The translations under genes and the position numbers were made by a program. This document shows, in pieces, positions 1 to 9,855 of a stretch of DNA of 64,000 nucleotides (its first letter is position 1; each line of letters starts with the position of its first letter). The notes beneath the pieces were generated by a model. That model searched no databases, was not told the origin of the DNA, and saw only the letters and a list, made by a program, of their open reading frames with translations. Source of the stretch: a virus; the IMG/VR virus record IMGVR_UViG_3300005573_001500. One strand, given 5' to 3'.

Positions 1-217
1 TTCCCATAGGCAGGCTATCAGGAGGCAAGGAGAGGTATTTTATGCTTCCATTAGTTATTACAGAGCCAAAGAAAGAGTATGGTTGTACTGGAAAGGTTTT
101 GTATGGCATTTTGAATGGTATTGTTTGTGCTTTAATTGAAATATCATAATGCATCATTGACATTATTAGAACAGTAAATAAGCAAACTGTTGCAAGCATC
201 TTTTTGTAATCTCTCAT
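1..217 (-). CDS. Secreted/membrane protein, N-terminal part only (runs off left edge)
   Basis: Translated by hand: ATG at 217 after GGAGGTG; MRDYKKMLATVCLFTVLIMSMMHYDISIKAQ (signal peptide-like); open to position 1. Confidence 0.75.
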   Translation of the reverse strand, partial: MRDYKKMLATVCLFTVLIMSMMHYDISIKAQTIPFKMPYKTFPVQPYSFFGSVITNGSIKYLSLPPDSLPMG

Positions 218-231
218 TCTAAACACCTCCA

Positions 232-250
232 TTTTTTTTTTTTTTTTTTT
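232..250. repeat. T19 homopolymer (A19 in the 5' leader of the minus-strand gene)
   Basis: 19 consecutive T between TATA-like TTTAAATA (about 278-285, minus) and RBS GGAGGTG (224-230). Confidence 0.9.
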
Positions 251-290
251 CCTAAATAAAAATTAATCAACTTTGAATATTTAAAGTTAT

Positions 291-752
291 TTATGATATA
301 ACAAACGTTAACTGTTGACTTTCACTAGGCTGTAAAATGTTGTCTCCTTCAAAAACAGATTTAAACGCATATGTTCCTGAACTCTGAAATGTAAATGTAA
401 AAGTGCACGAACCTTCTTCAACCCCGAAGACAGTGTATTTAATGTCAACTATTTGCCAGTAAGTGCTGTTCTCAAGCTTCATTTCAAGTACTATAGGCTT
501 GTTGTTTAAAGCTATCTGCTCTAACTGACTCTTGAGTGAAGAAAGTTCACTTGGAATAGTAGTTGTAAGTATTGCTTTCATAGTTATGCTTTCGCCAACA
601 GTTAATGTTGTAGAATTAGTGTTTGCAGTCAGAGTTAATGTTGAAGGAAAGCTATATGAAGAAACATACGGTCTAACAAAACTTTCACCGAAATAGCCTA
701 TTCCAATGCCTATCAACAATCCTAACAGGAATATTAGCAACTCACGCATCAT
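291..752 (-). CDS. Membrane-anchored Ig-like protein
   Basis: N-terminal TM; C-terminal GTYAFKSVFEGD..LQPSES typical of bacterial-type Ig folds. Confidence 0.65.
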   Translation of the reverse strand: MMRELLIFLLGLLIGIGIGYFGESFVRPYVSSYSFPSTLTLTANTNSTTLTVGESITMKAILTTTIPSELSSLKSQLEQIALNNKPIVLEMKLENSTYWQIVDIKYTVFGVEEGSCTFTFTFQSSGTYAFKSVFEGDNILQPSESQQLTFVIS

Positions 753-1741
753 TCTTTCTTCACCTTCCTCCTATACCAAACTGCAAGAATAGCTATAACA
801 ATAATAACAATAGCAATAGTCCAAGTGACAACATAATTATCAGCCGCTTTTAAAGCATCGTAGCCTGTAGGGTCATACTGCCCGATAAAAGCTTCCGGGT
901 CATCTCCTTTGCCATATCTGAAGAAGTCAACTGTTGCAGATATTGTTTGGTTAATGTATTTATCAGCATCTTTAGTTGAAATAATTGGACGAATAAAATC
1001 TGAAAAACCTCTGTAAATGCTCCACCATCCTCCAGCTTGAGGAATCACATAACCTTTAGTGTAAAACTCGCCTCTTGAAAAAATAGTGTTAAAAGTGGCA
1101 GCTTCATCTGTAAAACTATCTTGTGCAGTTCTACCTAAAACCTCGTCAGCCCATTCGACAGGACTCAGATAACCGCCTTTCCAATCCCTATAGAAATATT
1201 GACAACCGTCAAAAGGTCTATTCCAAAGTTCAAAAGAATGAATAGACATAGCTTGCGTTAACGGGTCTTCACTTATAAGACGTGTTTCTAACAGTCCTTC
1301 ACTTAACGGGTGGATAATATTGTTTTGAACAAATGTTCCTCTAATCTTCTCAGGAATCCAGAAATTATGAGTAATGCTGTCTTGAAGAAGATGTATAGCT
1401 ACTCCGAGAGCAAAAGCTTTAGCTCTATCATCGCCAGATTCTTGTGCTTGACGCCAAAGTTCATCTTGAAAAGTCCAAGCATGAGTAGCTCTATAAGACT
1501 TCCATTCAGTATAATAGTAAATAACAGTAACATCAGGATACATCAAACCACACAAGAACCAATCTTTATTCTTGTAGATTATATTCGTCAGAGTAGTGTT
1601 ACCTGCAATCTTCAAAGCCCTCTCCGTAAAGTAAATGTGGGTGCAGGGACCCCATCCATAGGTTTTCTCCGTTTTAGCGGAAAAAGTGACAGTTAAGAAC
1701 AGTAGTGCTAGAATTGCTATTGTAATTATTCTATTCTTCAA
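749..1741 (-). CDS. Zinc-dependent phospholipase C / S1-P1 superfamily protein with C-terminal TM anchor
   Basis: Signal peptide then WGPCTH; GLMYPD; THAW; GVAIHLLQDSITH; HPLSE (tri-zinc ligand pattern); TM + RRKVKK tail. Confidence 0.8.
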   Translation of the reverse strand: MKNRIITIAILALLFLTVTFSAKTEKTYGWGPCTHIYFTERALKIAGNTTLTNIIYKNKDWFLCGLMYPDVTVIYYYTEWKSYRATHAWTFQDELWRQAQESGDDRAKAFALGVAIHLLQDSITHNFWIPEKIRGTFVQNNIIHPLSEGLLETRLISEDPLTQAMSIHSFELWNRPFDGCQYFYRDWKGGYLSPVEWADEVLGRTAQDSFTDEAATFNTIFSRGEFYTKGYVIPQAGGWWSIYRGFSDFIRPIISTKDADKYINQTISATVDFFRYGKGDDPEAFIGQYDPTGYDALKAADNYVVTWTIAIVIIVIAILAVWYRRKVKKE

Positions 1742-2942
1742 CTTTCTTTTCTCTCCTACTTATTAACCTTATGAAAAGGAAGAATATTATTATGCCTAAC
1801 GGAATGAAAACCCATGGGTTAGTTATGAAATCCCAAATGCGAAAACCTGTGCTCACTGTCGCTACTTTAATATAGTTTTGGTCCAACGGTACAAAATATG
1901 TTCCTATAGCTACTCCGCCAGTTAAACTTTTAAGTCTAATAATATACCATGATTCTGCAAGCGTGAAATATGCTCTAATCTTGTTATCTGCTAACTGTTC
2001 AACTTTAACATAGCCGTTTGTTCTTGAAAACTTTACACCTGAAGGGGATTCAATCTCAACATCTATAGAAGAAAAAGCAACATTTAACGGATTACCTCTA
2101 GCGTCTGTAAACTCAACATCGAAATACTTACAATTAGGTTTTATTTCAATTGACTGTCCAGTGTTTACTCCTGGAATTATAGTTAATGATTCACCTGTTT
2201 GAAAACTGTATTTTGTAGCTACAACTGGTTGACGAATATCTACTGTGAAACTAGTTGGTAACACGTAGTAGTCTGAATAATACGCTTTTACTGTTAAAGT
2301 GTATCTTCCTAAATAGTCATTGTTTATATCGCCCACAACTTCATAAATTCCAGTAGAATTTGTTGGCAAAACAGGTGGCACATACACAGAAGTGTCGGGT
2401 GGCGCTCCACTTGGAGGTATTACAGATACTTCCCATCTCGAAGGAACAGAAACATAAGACCATGCGGCTGTTTCTTTAGCTCTGACATTAATTGCAATAT
2501 CTTTTCTGCTTAAAGGGTCTATGAATTGAACTTTGCTTTTATCAGGGTCTAAAACTTCAACTACTATTCCCGGAACGCATTTAACATATGCTGTATAATC
2601 TGCAAAAGCTCCCTCTGTACTCTTAAACGTTATTGTTTGCACACCAGAATATGTAGGCTTAACTTTGAAAGTTACTTTTCCAGTGTTTGGGTCAGAATAA
2701 AATGTATTTCTTCCGCCCCATTGAAATGTTATTTCTACTGCAAACTGTGTTCCAGTAGCTGGTTGACCATCTGTTCTCTTTATTGTTGCAGATAATGTTG
2801 ATTCAATGTTAACCGGTATAGGAGTGTAGTCTGCAAAGTCTGCTTGTATATAATAGTCGTAAGCGTAAACTAAACGAACAGAAAAAGGGAAAAGTATAAG
2901 CAGTAGTGTTGCCAGTAGAATCAATAGTATTTTTGTTTTCAA
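1731..2942 (-). CDS. Surface protein, Ig-like repeats, C-terminal TM
   Basis: Signal peptide, beta-rich body, ITNPWV-TM-RREKK tail; last domain paralogous to that of 2939..5119. Confidence 0.7.
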   Translation of the reverse strand: MKTKILLILLATLLLILFPFSVRLVYAYDYYIQADFADYTPIPVNIESTLSATIKRTDGQPATGTQFAVEITFQWGGRNTFYSDPNTGKVTFKVKPTYSGVQTITFKSTEGAFADYTAYVKCVPGIVVEVLDPDKSKVQFIDPLSRKDIAINVRAKETAAWSYVSVPSRWEVSVIPPSGAPPDTSVYVPPVLPTNSTGIYEVVGDINNDYLGRYTLTVKAYYSDYYVLPTSFTVDIRQPVVATKYSFQTGESLTIIPGVNTGQSIEIKPNCKYFDVEFTDARGNPLNVAFSSIDVEIESPSGVKFSRTNGYVKVEQLADNKIRAYFTLAESWYIIRLKSLTGGVAIGTYFVPLDQNYIKVATVSTGFRIWDFITNPWVFIPLGIIIFFLFIRLISRREKKVEE

Positions 2943-5119
2943 TGCCTTCTCCTCCTGAATATCAGTATTAAGAATATCAGTGCTATAAAGCCTATCACGA
3001 ACGGGTTAGTTAGTATTGATGGAATAGGTGAAGGAGCCTCTGAAGATGTAACTGTAAATGTTGACGGGTCTTGATAGAACGGAAGCCCTGAATATTTAAC
3101 AACTACCTTATATGTTCCAACTTTGTCGAATGTGTAAACTATTGTTATCGCTTTATCTACATCGTTGAAGTAGTATTTATCTTTTAACTCGTTTGCTGTG
3201 CTCATTGAAACCCCATTCGGGTCTGTTATTATAACTTCAATGTTCTGCTCTGTTATTCCAGTATAAGGTTGCCCATACTTGTCTCTGAAAGCGATTGTAA
3301 ACGTGTTCTTTCCTACAGTAACACTTGAAGATTCAACAATAGCCATAACAGTAGGAGCTGTCATTTTAGCTGTTGCTGTTAAAGTTCCGTCAATAAATCC
3401 TGTTTTTCTGAAAGTTATAGTTAACGTTAAAGTGTGTTCTGTATAGCTTTTGTAATAATCGTAAACTTTAGCTTTAAAAGTGAAAGTACTAGCTGAAACG
3501 CTATAACTGGTATATTCAAACGGTATTGTTGTTCCCTTCTCATCTTTTAACGTTATACTATAAGCACTAAAATCTGATATTGGTTCACTCATAGATTCTT
3601 TATCAACAATTGAACCAGTATATATGAAATCGTAGTCCCCAGGCTTGTAAACTTGCTCATAATTGAAACTTATAACCTTTACTGCTAACTGTGGCAACAC
3701 GTATAAATTAAAACATGCTATTATTTTTCCTTCATATGAAACAGTCATGTTGTAAGGCGAATATTTAGACGATGGAGGTGTAAGGATTTCGATATTAGCA
3801 ATTCCATCAGTCCCAGTAACTCCTCCTTGAGTGTATCCGACATAGTTTGCTTCTGATTTAGGCATAATTATAATTGTTAATCCGATATTACTCATAGGTT
3901 GACCTGTTGTTTTCGATTTTGCACAGAGTGTTATTATTACATTAGTACTTGGAGGTACCCCTGATGGGTATTGTGAACACCACCAATCAACAATTATTTC
4001 TGGACTTGTAACAGTTATTGTAACAGTAGCTGTATCAGTTGTTCCTTCATCATCAGTTACTGTCAAACTAGCTACATAAGTGCCGGGACTCTGATATGTA
4101 TGAGATACTCTAACACCTGAACCGGTGGCTTTATCGCCGAAATCCCATTTATAAGAAACTATTCCCTTAGTTGGGTCTGTTGAAGGATTATCTGGGTCAT
4201 AAGAACGATTCGCATCAAAAGTTACAGTTAAAGGTGCAGACCCGCTTGTAGGATTAGCGTCTATCAAGGCAATTACATTATAACTTCCTATTTTAACTGT
4301 TTCTGTAGTTGAACCCTGACCTTCTAAATCATCTGTTACTGTTAACGTTACAGTTGCTTGTCCGCCTTTATTGAAAGTATATGTAAAAGATGCGGTATAA
4401 TAATAGTGAGTTGTATTATAAGTATCTATTAAAGTCCATTTATAAGATTTAATTTGTCCATCTATGTCTTGTGATTTGCTCCCATCAAACGTTACTATTT
4501 GATTCACCATTGGATTTTGAGGAGAATATTCAATCACGGCTGTAGGCAGTCTATTCGTTTCAATAGTTATTTGTCCCCCACTTTTCAAGTTTAAATTTTT
4601 TGTTGTAGAGTGATATCCGCTTTTGCTAACAGTAACAGAGTACAAAACGCTTACATCCGTTCTTAAAACTGGGTAATAACTTAAAGTACACGTCCCATCT
4701 TGAATCGTCACATTAGAACATTTTGTTTTTTCAACAGTTAGCCCGCAATGGTCTATTACCCAAGTCATATCTGCCATTGTGTACTTTCCATCACCGTCCA
4801 TATCTGCCCATGTTACATCTACTTGTCCAAAAGTCTGATTCATATATTTAACATCATAAGTGTCTATAACACCGTCTGTTGCAGGCTGATTTGTGTTTTT
4901 ATCCCAGACATCACCGTAGTAATGGAAAAGAGAAAGTGTAGCAACTGCTTCCACAGTTGCTCCTGAAACTTTGTTTCCAAAATCGTCAATAACTTGTATC
5001 TTTCCACTTGAGACTAATGTAAACATGGGTAATATTCCAGAAATCACTAAAACCCCAATTACAGCTATTATTAGAACAATCACCAGTAAAATTGATAATT
5101 TCTGATTCATTTCTACCAA
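2939..5119 (-). CDS. Surface protein with dockerin-like EF-hand pair and two PKD domains
   Basis: DGVIDTYDV and DMDGDGKYTMADM loops; PKD signatures VTFDGSKSQDIDGQIKSYKW and YKWDFGD...SHTYQSPGTYVASLTVTDDEG; LTNPFV-TM-RRRRH tail; likely start ATG at 5110. Confidence 0.85.
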   Translation of the reverse strand: MVEMNQKLSILLVIVLIIAVIGVLVISGILPMFTLVSSGKIQVIDDFGNKVSGATVEAVATLSLFHYYGDVWDKNTNQPATDGVIDTYDVKYMNQTFGQVDVTWADMDGDGKYTMADMTWVIDHCGLTVEKTKCSNVTIQDGTCTLSYYPVLRTDVSVLYSVTVSKSGYHSTTKNLNLKSGGQITIETNRLPTAVIEYSPQNPMVNQIVTFDGSKSQDIDGQIKSYKWTLIDTYNTTHYYYTASFTYTFNKGGQATVTLTVTDDLEGQGSTTETVKIGSYNVIALIDANPTSGSAPLTVTFDANRSYDPDNPSTDPTKGIVSYKWDFGDKATGSGVRVSHTYQSPGTYVASLTVTDDEGTTDTATVTITVTSPEIIVDWWCSQYPSGVPPSTNVIITLCAKSKTTGQPMSNIGLTIIIMPKSEANYVGYTQGGVTGTDGIANIEILTPPSSKYSPYNMTVSYEGKIIACFNLYVLPQLAVKVISFNYEQVYKPGDYDFIYTGSIVDKESMSEPISDFSAYSITLKDEKGTTIPFEYTSYSVSASTFTFKAKVYDYYKSYTEHTLTLTITFRKTGFIDGTLTATAKMTAPTVMAIVESSSVTVGKNTFTIAFRDKYGQPYTGITEQNIEVIITDPNGVSMSTANELKDKYYFNDVDKAITIVYTFDKVGTYKVVVKYSGLPFYQDPSTFTVTSSEAPSPIPSILTNPFVIGFIALIFLILIFRRRRH

Positions 5120-6114
5120 ACCTCTTCTTTCTTTCTTACTATTATTATTCCAGCAATAGCTAGTATTCCTCCAGCAAAAATCAGAGCATGTCCTAAAGTG
5201 AAAGCGGGTGATTCAGGTATTTTAATCGTTACAGATATTTTGTTTAGCTTAGTAGATGTTGACGCTTCAAGTACTATATTTGTAATCTCAGAAGATAATT
5301 CAATAGTTCCAATCCAAGTATAGTTCCCAACATATGTTAAAGTATGTGAAGTACCTGGAAAAATCGCTTTAACAGCAATACTTGACGCAGATATTGACGT
5401 GTCTTCACAGATAAATGTTATGTTAACCTTTCTTTCTGAAAGCTCAATCATCATATTATCTATCACTATTTTATCGTTAATTTTCCATGTTCCTGAAAGC
5501 TGTTCATAGTCTTCAATATTAAAAGAACCGCTTATCACTGCAAGATTTCCAGCTTCGTCTAAAACTGAAAAACTAAACGTTATATTTTCCTTTGCTGAAT
5601 ATACTGATGTGTTTACGGAAACGGCGAAAGTTGTTATTCCATAATAATCCATCAGTATTAGATAATCGCCTGTGTCAATAATACCATCTGAGTTCAAATC
5701 ACACTCTGATTTATATCTAGAATCACCATAGCTGGAACCCCAAGTTGAGTTAAGAATGCTCAAATCCGTGTTATCAACCACTCCATCTGTGTTAATGTCA
5801 GGGTACTTCTGTCCAGAAGGCATTATTAAACGATGTGATATTTGCGTGTAAGGCGTTAATATTAATGCTCTTTGCCCATATTTGTCAAAATAAGAAACAG
5901 CTGATATTCCTGATTTATCTCTAGCGTAGACGATTATTTCGTTTAACTCGCCAGGTTTATATGTCATTTTATCACATGGAAATGTATATATTACTTTAGG
6001 CGGAGTAGTGTCAACAACTTGAAGACTCAAATATCCTGCTACATTTAAAGCTCCAACAGCAATCAAAACTATCCCAAGAATTGTTAAGACATATCCAACA
6101 TACTTTCTATTCAT
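5113..6114 (-). CDS. Dockerin type I domain membrane protein
   Basis: DINTDGVVDNTDL...DLNSDGIIDTGDY duplicated Ca-binding loops; N- and C-terminal TM. Confidence 0.8.
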   Translation of the reverse strand: MNRKYVGYVLTILGIVLIAVGALNVAGYLSLQVVDTTPPKVIYTFPCDKMTYKPGELNEIIVYARDKSGISAVSYFDKYGQRALILTPYTQISHRLIMPSGQKYPDINTDGVVDNTDLSILNSTWGSSYGDSRYKSECDLNSDGIIDTGDYLILMDYYGITTFAVSVNTSVYSAKENITFSFSVLDEAGNLAVISGSFNIEDYEQLSGTWKINDKIVIDNMMIELSERKVNITFICEDTSISASSIAVKAIFPGTSHTLTYVGNYTWIGTIELSSEITNIVLEASTSTKLNKISVTIKIPESPAFTLGHALIFAGGILAIAGIIIVRKKEEVW

Positions 6115-6120
6115 TTCTTT

Positions 6121-6351
6121 CTATCTCCTTAATATTTCTTTCAAGAATTTTTCCAATTCATTACGAACAGTACCTATGAGTTCAGAAAAAGAAGAAGCAT
6201 GAACAGCTCCTTCAGCAAGTTTCTCTTTACCGTAATAGAATTCTACTCTATATGTTCCAGGAAATATTCGTTTTATTTTTCCATAAAGTGGTTTATCATT
6301 AACTTTTATTGGATGCTCAATAGTAAGCGTTTTAACAGACACTAATACCAC
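6121..6351 (-). CDS. Hypothetical protein
   Basis: 76 aa ORF overlapping the upstream stop, in operon. Confidence 0.65.
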   Translation of the reverse strand: MVLVSVKTLTIEHPIKVNDKPLYGKIKRIFPGTYRVEFYYGKEKLAEGAVHASSFSELIGTVRNELEKFLKEILRR

Positions 6352-8522
6352 ACTTCTCTTCTTCTTTTAACAGCATAAGCACCAATAGCTAAACCAATTA
6401 TTCCGATGCTTCCACCAATAATGTATGGTAGATATTTCTGCCAATCTATAATATTGTAACCGCTTCTATATACTGTTATTGTTATAGGATTATTCCCAGA
6501 TTTCACGTAATGCTCTTCTGACGGTGTTTCCAAATACTTATTTGCAGGGTCGTAAACTCTAACTATAATTGTACCCTCAAAATATTCTAAGACAAATAAA
6601 GCAGTACCATCTCCAGCTTCGCCTGTAGTATGTACGTAGCGGAATTTACCATATTTTTCTCTAACTTCAACGTTTAAGCCGTTAACTTTATGCTTATCTA
6701 AAGCGTCTATACAAATCACTTGTACACTTGTTTTTTCAACTCCAACGCCAGCTCCTAGAAGTAAAGTGAAAGTTTTAGAGTCAGTGATTTCATACTTGTT
6801 GCCAGTAAATAGTATTACAGTAAACTCTGCATCTTTACTTAAAGTTCCAAGATTTCTAATAGTTATTGTTATATTTCTAGTTTCGGAAGAATTCATTATA
6901 ATCCAACCTGTTCCACTAACTACTTGCAAAGGAGCTGTTCCAACGTTAAAGCCTATTCCGACCTGACCGCTATCACCTTCGTTCTTTATTGTTGCAGTAA
7001 TATAATAATCATAACCTGGAACTATCTTTTCTTTAGGGTAGCTATAACTAACGATTTTCGGTTTTGTCCTAGGTTCTTGAACAACATATATTGTATCTAC
7101 AAGTTCAGATGAAATGTCTAAATTGAAAGCCCAATGCCAAGAATTGAGTGGACAGTATATTTTATATTTTGCACTATCAAAATCTATGCTGTAACCTTCT
7201 CCGAAAACATCAGTCTTTATTCTGTCTAAAACCGCTCCTGGAACATACTCTTTTCTTTGTCCTGTAACAGGGGCTGTAATGTTTTTAGCGGCAAGATAGT
7301 TCACTAAGGATAAACCATAAGGAAGTGTTTTTTGGTCTTCCAACACTTTAGGTCTAATCGGAAATATATGGTCATACCAATCTGAATCTGAAATGTTTAT
7401 AGCTCCAGGTTCACTAGTAGCATGAGGTTTATACCAGCCCGGATACTCATACTTATCAAATTTATCTCCGCACCAATTATAGCCTTCTGCTATAGGTTCA
7501 TAAGCATTAGTGATATATATAAGTCCTGATGGAGAGCCGTTGTATTCAGAATTATCTGCCCAAATATAGAAGGACCCCGTTTCGTAAGATGGGTTGCCCC
7601 ACCAATCATGATATATATGTGTGCCTTTAAACGTGTCTCCTCCACCAAACCAATAGTAACCATACTTCCATGAAAATTGGGAATTCCAGCTAATGAGACT
7701 TTCTAATCTTGTTAAGTCATTTACAAAAGTGTTATAATTATCAAGTAAATATTTAGTAGCATTTTCAGTAACTATTAGAAACCCATTCTCAACTGGCCCA
7801 AGAGTTATATATGAAGCAAAATATCCCGTATAGTGTAATAAATCTATTGTAAAATTCTCTTTAGGGTCATTCGGATTATGAAACTCTATAACTGATGGAG
7901 CACTATATTTTGCTAAATCTCCTGTAATTTCAATAATCCATCTTTTATTTGCTTTATCATATTTAGCATATTGATAGTCAGTTACTAAAGGAATTTCTCC
8001 ATTATAAGTCCGTTTTATTGCTGTAACAGCAAAAGGTATAACAAGTACTCTAGGTTGAGATTCTACTTTGTAAACGTCAGCATAAACAGCATCTACTACA
8101 GCTCCTTGTCTAGTATCTTTTTGACCTAATGTAATTCCTCCACAAGTTTTGGGGGTTACTAAATATCTACCAACATATTCAAGAGGTAATAGCCAGTATG
8201 GTTTATCTACAACACTTATTTTAATATACAAACTGCTTTGAACAGCCATGCTAGAGTTAATAGCCCCATAATTACGTAAAACACTATCATCTATTGTCCA
8301 CTCTTTTTCCTGAATTACTAGTGCAGATTCCCTCGTGTCGCCATATATTCTCCATACGCCTTTAACCCATTCCCTTCCAACTAATTCCGGTTTCTTTATC
8401 GTGTCTATTTTAGTAATAGAATATATAGTTAATCCAGCAAACGGTCTAATGAATACTCCAACTATTAGCCCCATTAATATTCCAATAACTAAAGCTAATG
8501 CAACAACCTGTTTCTTACTCAT
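6342..8522 (-). CDS. Large surface protein (aromatic-rich core, CARDB/Ig-like domains, C-terminal TM)
   Basis: N-terminal TM; YITATIKNEGDSG Ig-like strand; TM + KRRR tail. Confidence 0.7.
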   Translation of the reverse strand: MSKKQVVALALVIGILMGLIVGVFIRPFAGLTIYSITKIDTIKKPELVGREWVKGVWRIYGDTRESALVIQEKEWTIDDSVLRNYGAINSSMAVQSSLYIKISVVDKPYWLLPLEYVGRYLVTPKTCGGITLGQKDTRQGAVVDAVYADVYKVESQPRVLVIPFAVTAIKRTYNGEIPLVTDYQYAKYDKANKRWIIEITGDLAKYSAPSVIEFHNPNDPKENFTIDLLHYTGYFASYITLGPVENGFLIVTENATKYLLDNYNTFVNDLTRLESLISWNSQFSWKYGYYWFGGGDTFKGTHIYHDWWGNPSYETGSFYIWADNSEYNGSPSGLIYITNAYEPIAEGYNWCGDKFDKYEYPGWYKPHATSEPGAINISDSDWYDHIFPIRPKVLEDQKTLPYGLSLVNYLAAKNITAPVTGQRKEYVPGAVLDRIKTDVFGEGYSIDFDSAKYKIYCPLNSWHWAFNLDISSELVDTIYVVQEPRTKPKIVSYSYPKEKIVPGYDYYITATIKNEGDSGQVGIGFNVGTAPLQVVSGTGWIIMNSSETRNITITIRNLGTLSKDAEFTVILFTGNKYEITDSKTFTLLLGAGVGVEKTSVQVICIDALDKHKVNGLNVEVREKYGKFRYVHTTGEAGDGTALFVLEYFEGTIIVRVYDPANKYLETPSEEHYVKSGNNPITITVYRSGYNIIDWQKYLPYIIGGSIGIIGLAIGAYAVKRRREVWY

Positions 8523-8564
8523 CTATTTCCCCTCCAAACAATTTTTATCAAATATTTCTTTCAT

Positions 8565-9326
8565 TTATCTCACCATCATTCTTGCAACTATATCATACAA
8601 TGCGTGAATAACTATCGGAACAGTAATATCTTTACATTGAACCATGAAATACAAAAGCCAAAAACCTCCAACATAAGCTGTGAGTGTCCAAATAATCATT
8701 TCTGGACCAGTATAACTCATAATAGTGTGCAGTCCAGCCCATAAAGCATTACTTATCATTCCACCTATCCAAGGGCTTTTAACAAGTTTAGCTAACAAGT
8801 AAGGTATTATCCCTCTAAAGACTAATTCTTCTCCTGGAGCTACGAGTAACCCTAATTTGAAAACGTCATATAACAAGTTAGCATCTATTCTCATTGTTTG
8901 TGCAAAAGACATGAAGTTTACATAAACTGGAGCTAAAGGAGTGTACAGTTGAGGTTCTGTTGGGAACTCTGTTGTGTATGGTTTCCAGAGTAGTATTGAA
9001 AACTGTTTAGTTGAAATTATCTGAAAAAGTATAGCTGTAAGCAAAAGAGCAAACAATCCCACTAAAGTATATAAAATATACGTTAAAGCTTCTTTCTTTT
9101 CTTTCCAATCAGTAATTATACCAGATAAAGCGAAAATAGTTATACTCCCTAAAGTCATACTAGTGAAAAGAAATATCGCAATAACTTCAAAAATGTTAGA
9201 CATAGCTAAATGCAACAATATTCCCACAACTGCAAAAGAAAGAGTCAAAATAATAACGTAAAGCAACGGACTGTTATCAATTATTTCTTTGAAATCTTCT
9301 ACATCGAATTCGGGGATTAACTCCAA
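8565..9326 (-). CDS. CPBP (Abi/CAAX type II) family intramembrane glutamic protease
   Basis: Multi-TM; APGEELVFRG (EExxxR), ALWAGLH, VIHALYD motifs. Confidence 0.9.
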   Translation of the reverse strand: MELIPEFDVEDFKEIIDNSPLLYVIILTLSFAVVGILLHLAMSNIFEVIAIFLFTSMTLGSITIFALSGIITDWKEKKEALTYILYTLVGLFALLLTAILFQIISTKQFSILLWKPYTTEFPTEPQLYTPLAPVYVNFMSFAQTMRIDANLLYDVFKLGLLVAPGEELVFRGIIPYLLAKLVKSPWIGGMISNALWAGLHTIMSYTGPEMIIWTLTAYVGGFWLLYFMVQCKDITVPIVIHALYDIVARMMVR

Positions 9327-9352
9327 TTTTATTCTATCCTATTTTGACTTTT

Positions 9353-9559
9353 TCATTTTATTATAACATTTAACACACAATATTCTAAATAAAGGTGCAT
9401 ATGGTCTCTAAGGTAAGTCGCTTCGTCTGGCTTGGCGTAACAGTACTGTCCTTTCCTAATCATTTTGCCACAGTTTCTGCATTGTGCACCAGTTTGTCCC
9501 CGTATCCAGAAAACATAATCTACTTTGGTTCTAAACCAACCATTACTTTTCTTTGTCAT
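9353..9559 (-). CDS. Small Cys/His zinc-binding protein
   Basis: CRNCGKMIRKGQY...H...C. Confidence 0.55.
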   Translation of the reverse strand: MTKKSNGWFRTKVDYVFWIRGQTGAQCRNCGKMIRKGQYCYAKPDEATYLRDHMHLYLEYCVLNVIIK

Positions 9560-9596
9560 TTAATCCAACACTCCTAGTTCTCCTCTTAAAACATCT

Positions 9597-9830
9597 TCAA
9601 ATCTTTTTGCTCACTTTTACTTTTCTCATTTTCGGGTTAAACTCAATTGGTTTGTCCGTGAAGAGTCTTAAGTAACTTTTCGCTTCTGGAATAAGCCAAG
9701 AGTATTTCTTTGGTGAAATTTTTCGCCCATCCTCCCAGAAGGTAACGATGTAACGTCCACGGTTTAACAACGCATCTACGAAAACCCTTTTTTCCATTGC
9801 GTTCAATCCAAAACAACATTTATTTTTCAC
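9597..9830 (-). CDS. Hypothetical protein
   Basis: 77 aa ORF with GGAGTG RBS, in operon. Confidence 0.6.
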   Translation of the reverse strand: MKNKCCFGLNAMEKRVFVDALLNRGRYIVTFWEDGRKISPKKYSWLIPEAKSYLRLFTDKPIEFNPKMRKVKVSKKI

Positions 9831-9855
9831 TCCTTTGTATTATCTTAACTCCAAA

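Noticed and set aside
5113-6360. Shared EVW C-terminal motif (RKKEEVW, KRRREVWY) as a sorting signal
   Set aside because: The codons GAG GTT/GTG TGG are the GAGGT RBS of the next gene, so the motif is an RBS imprint.
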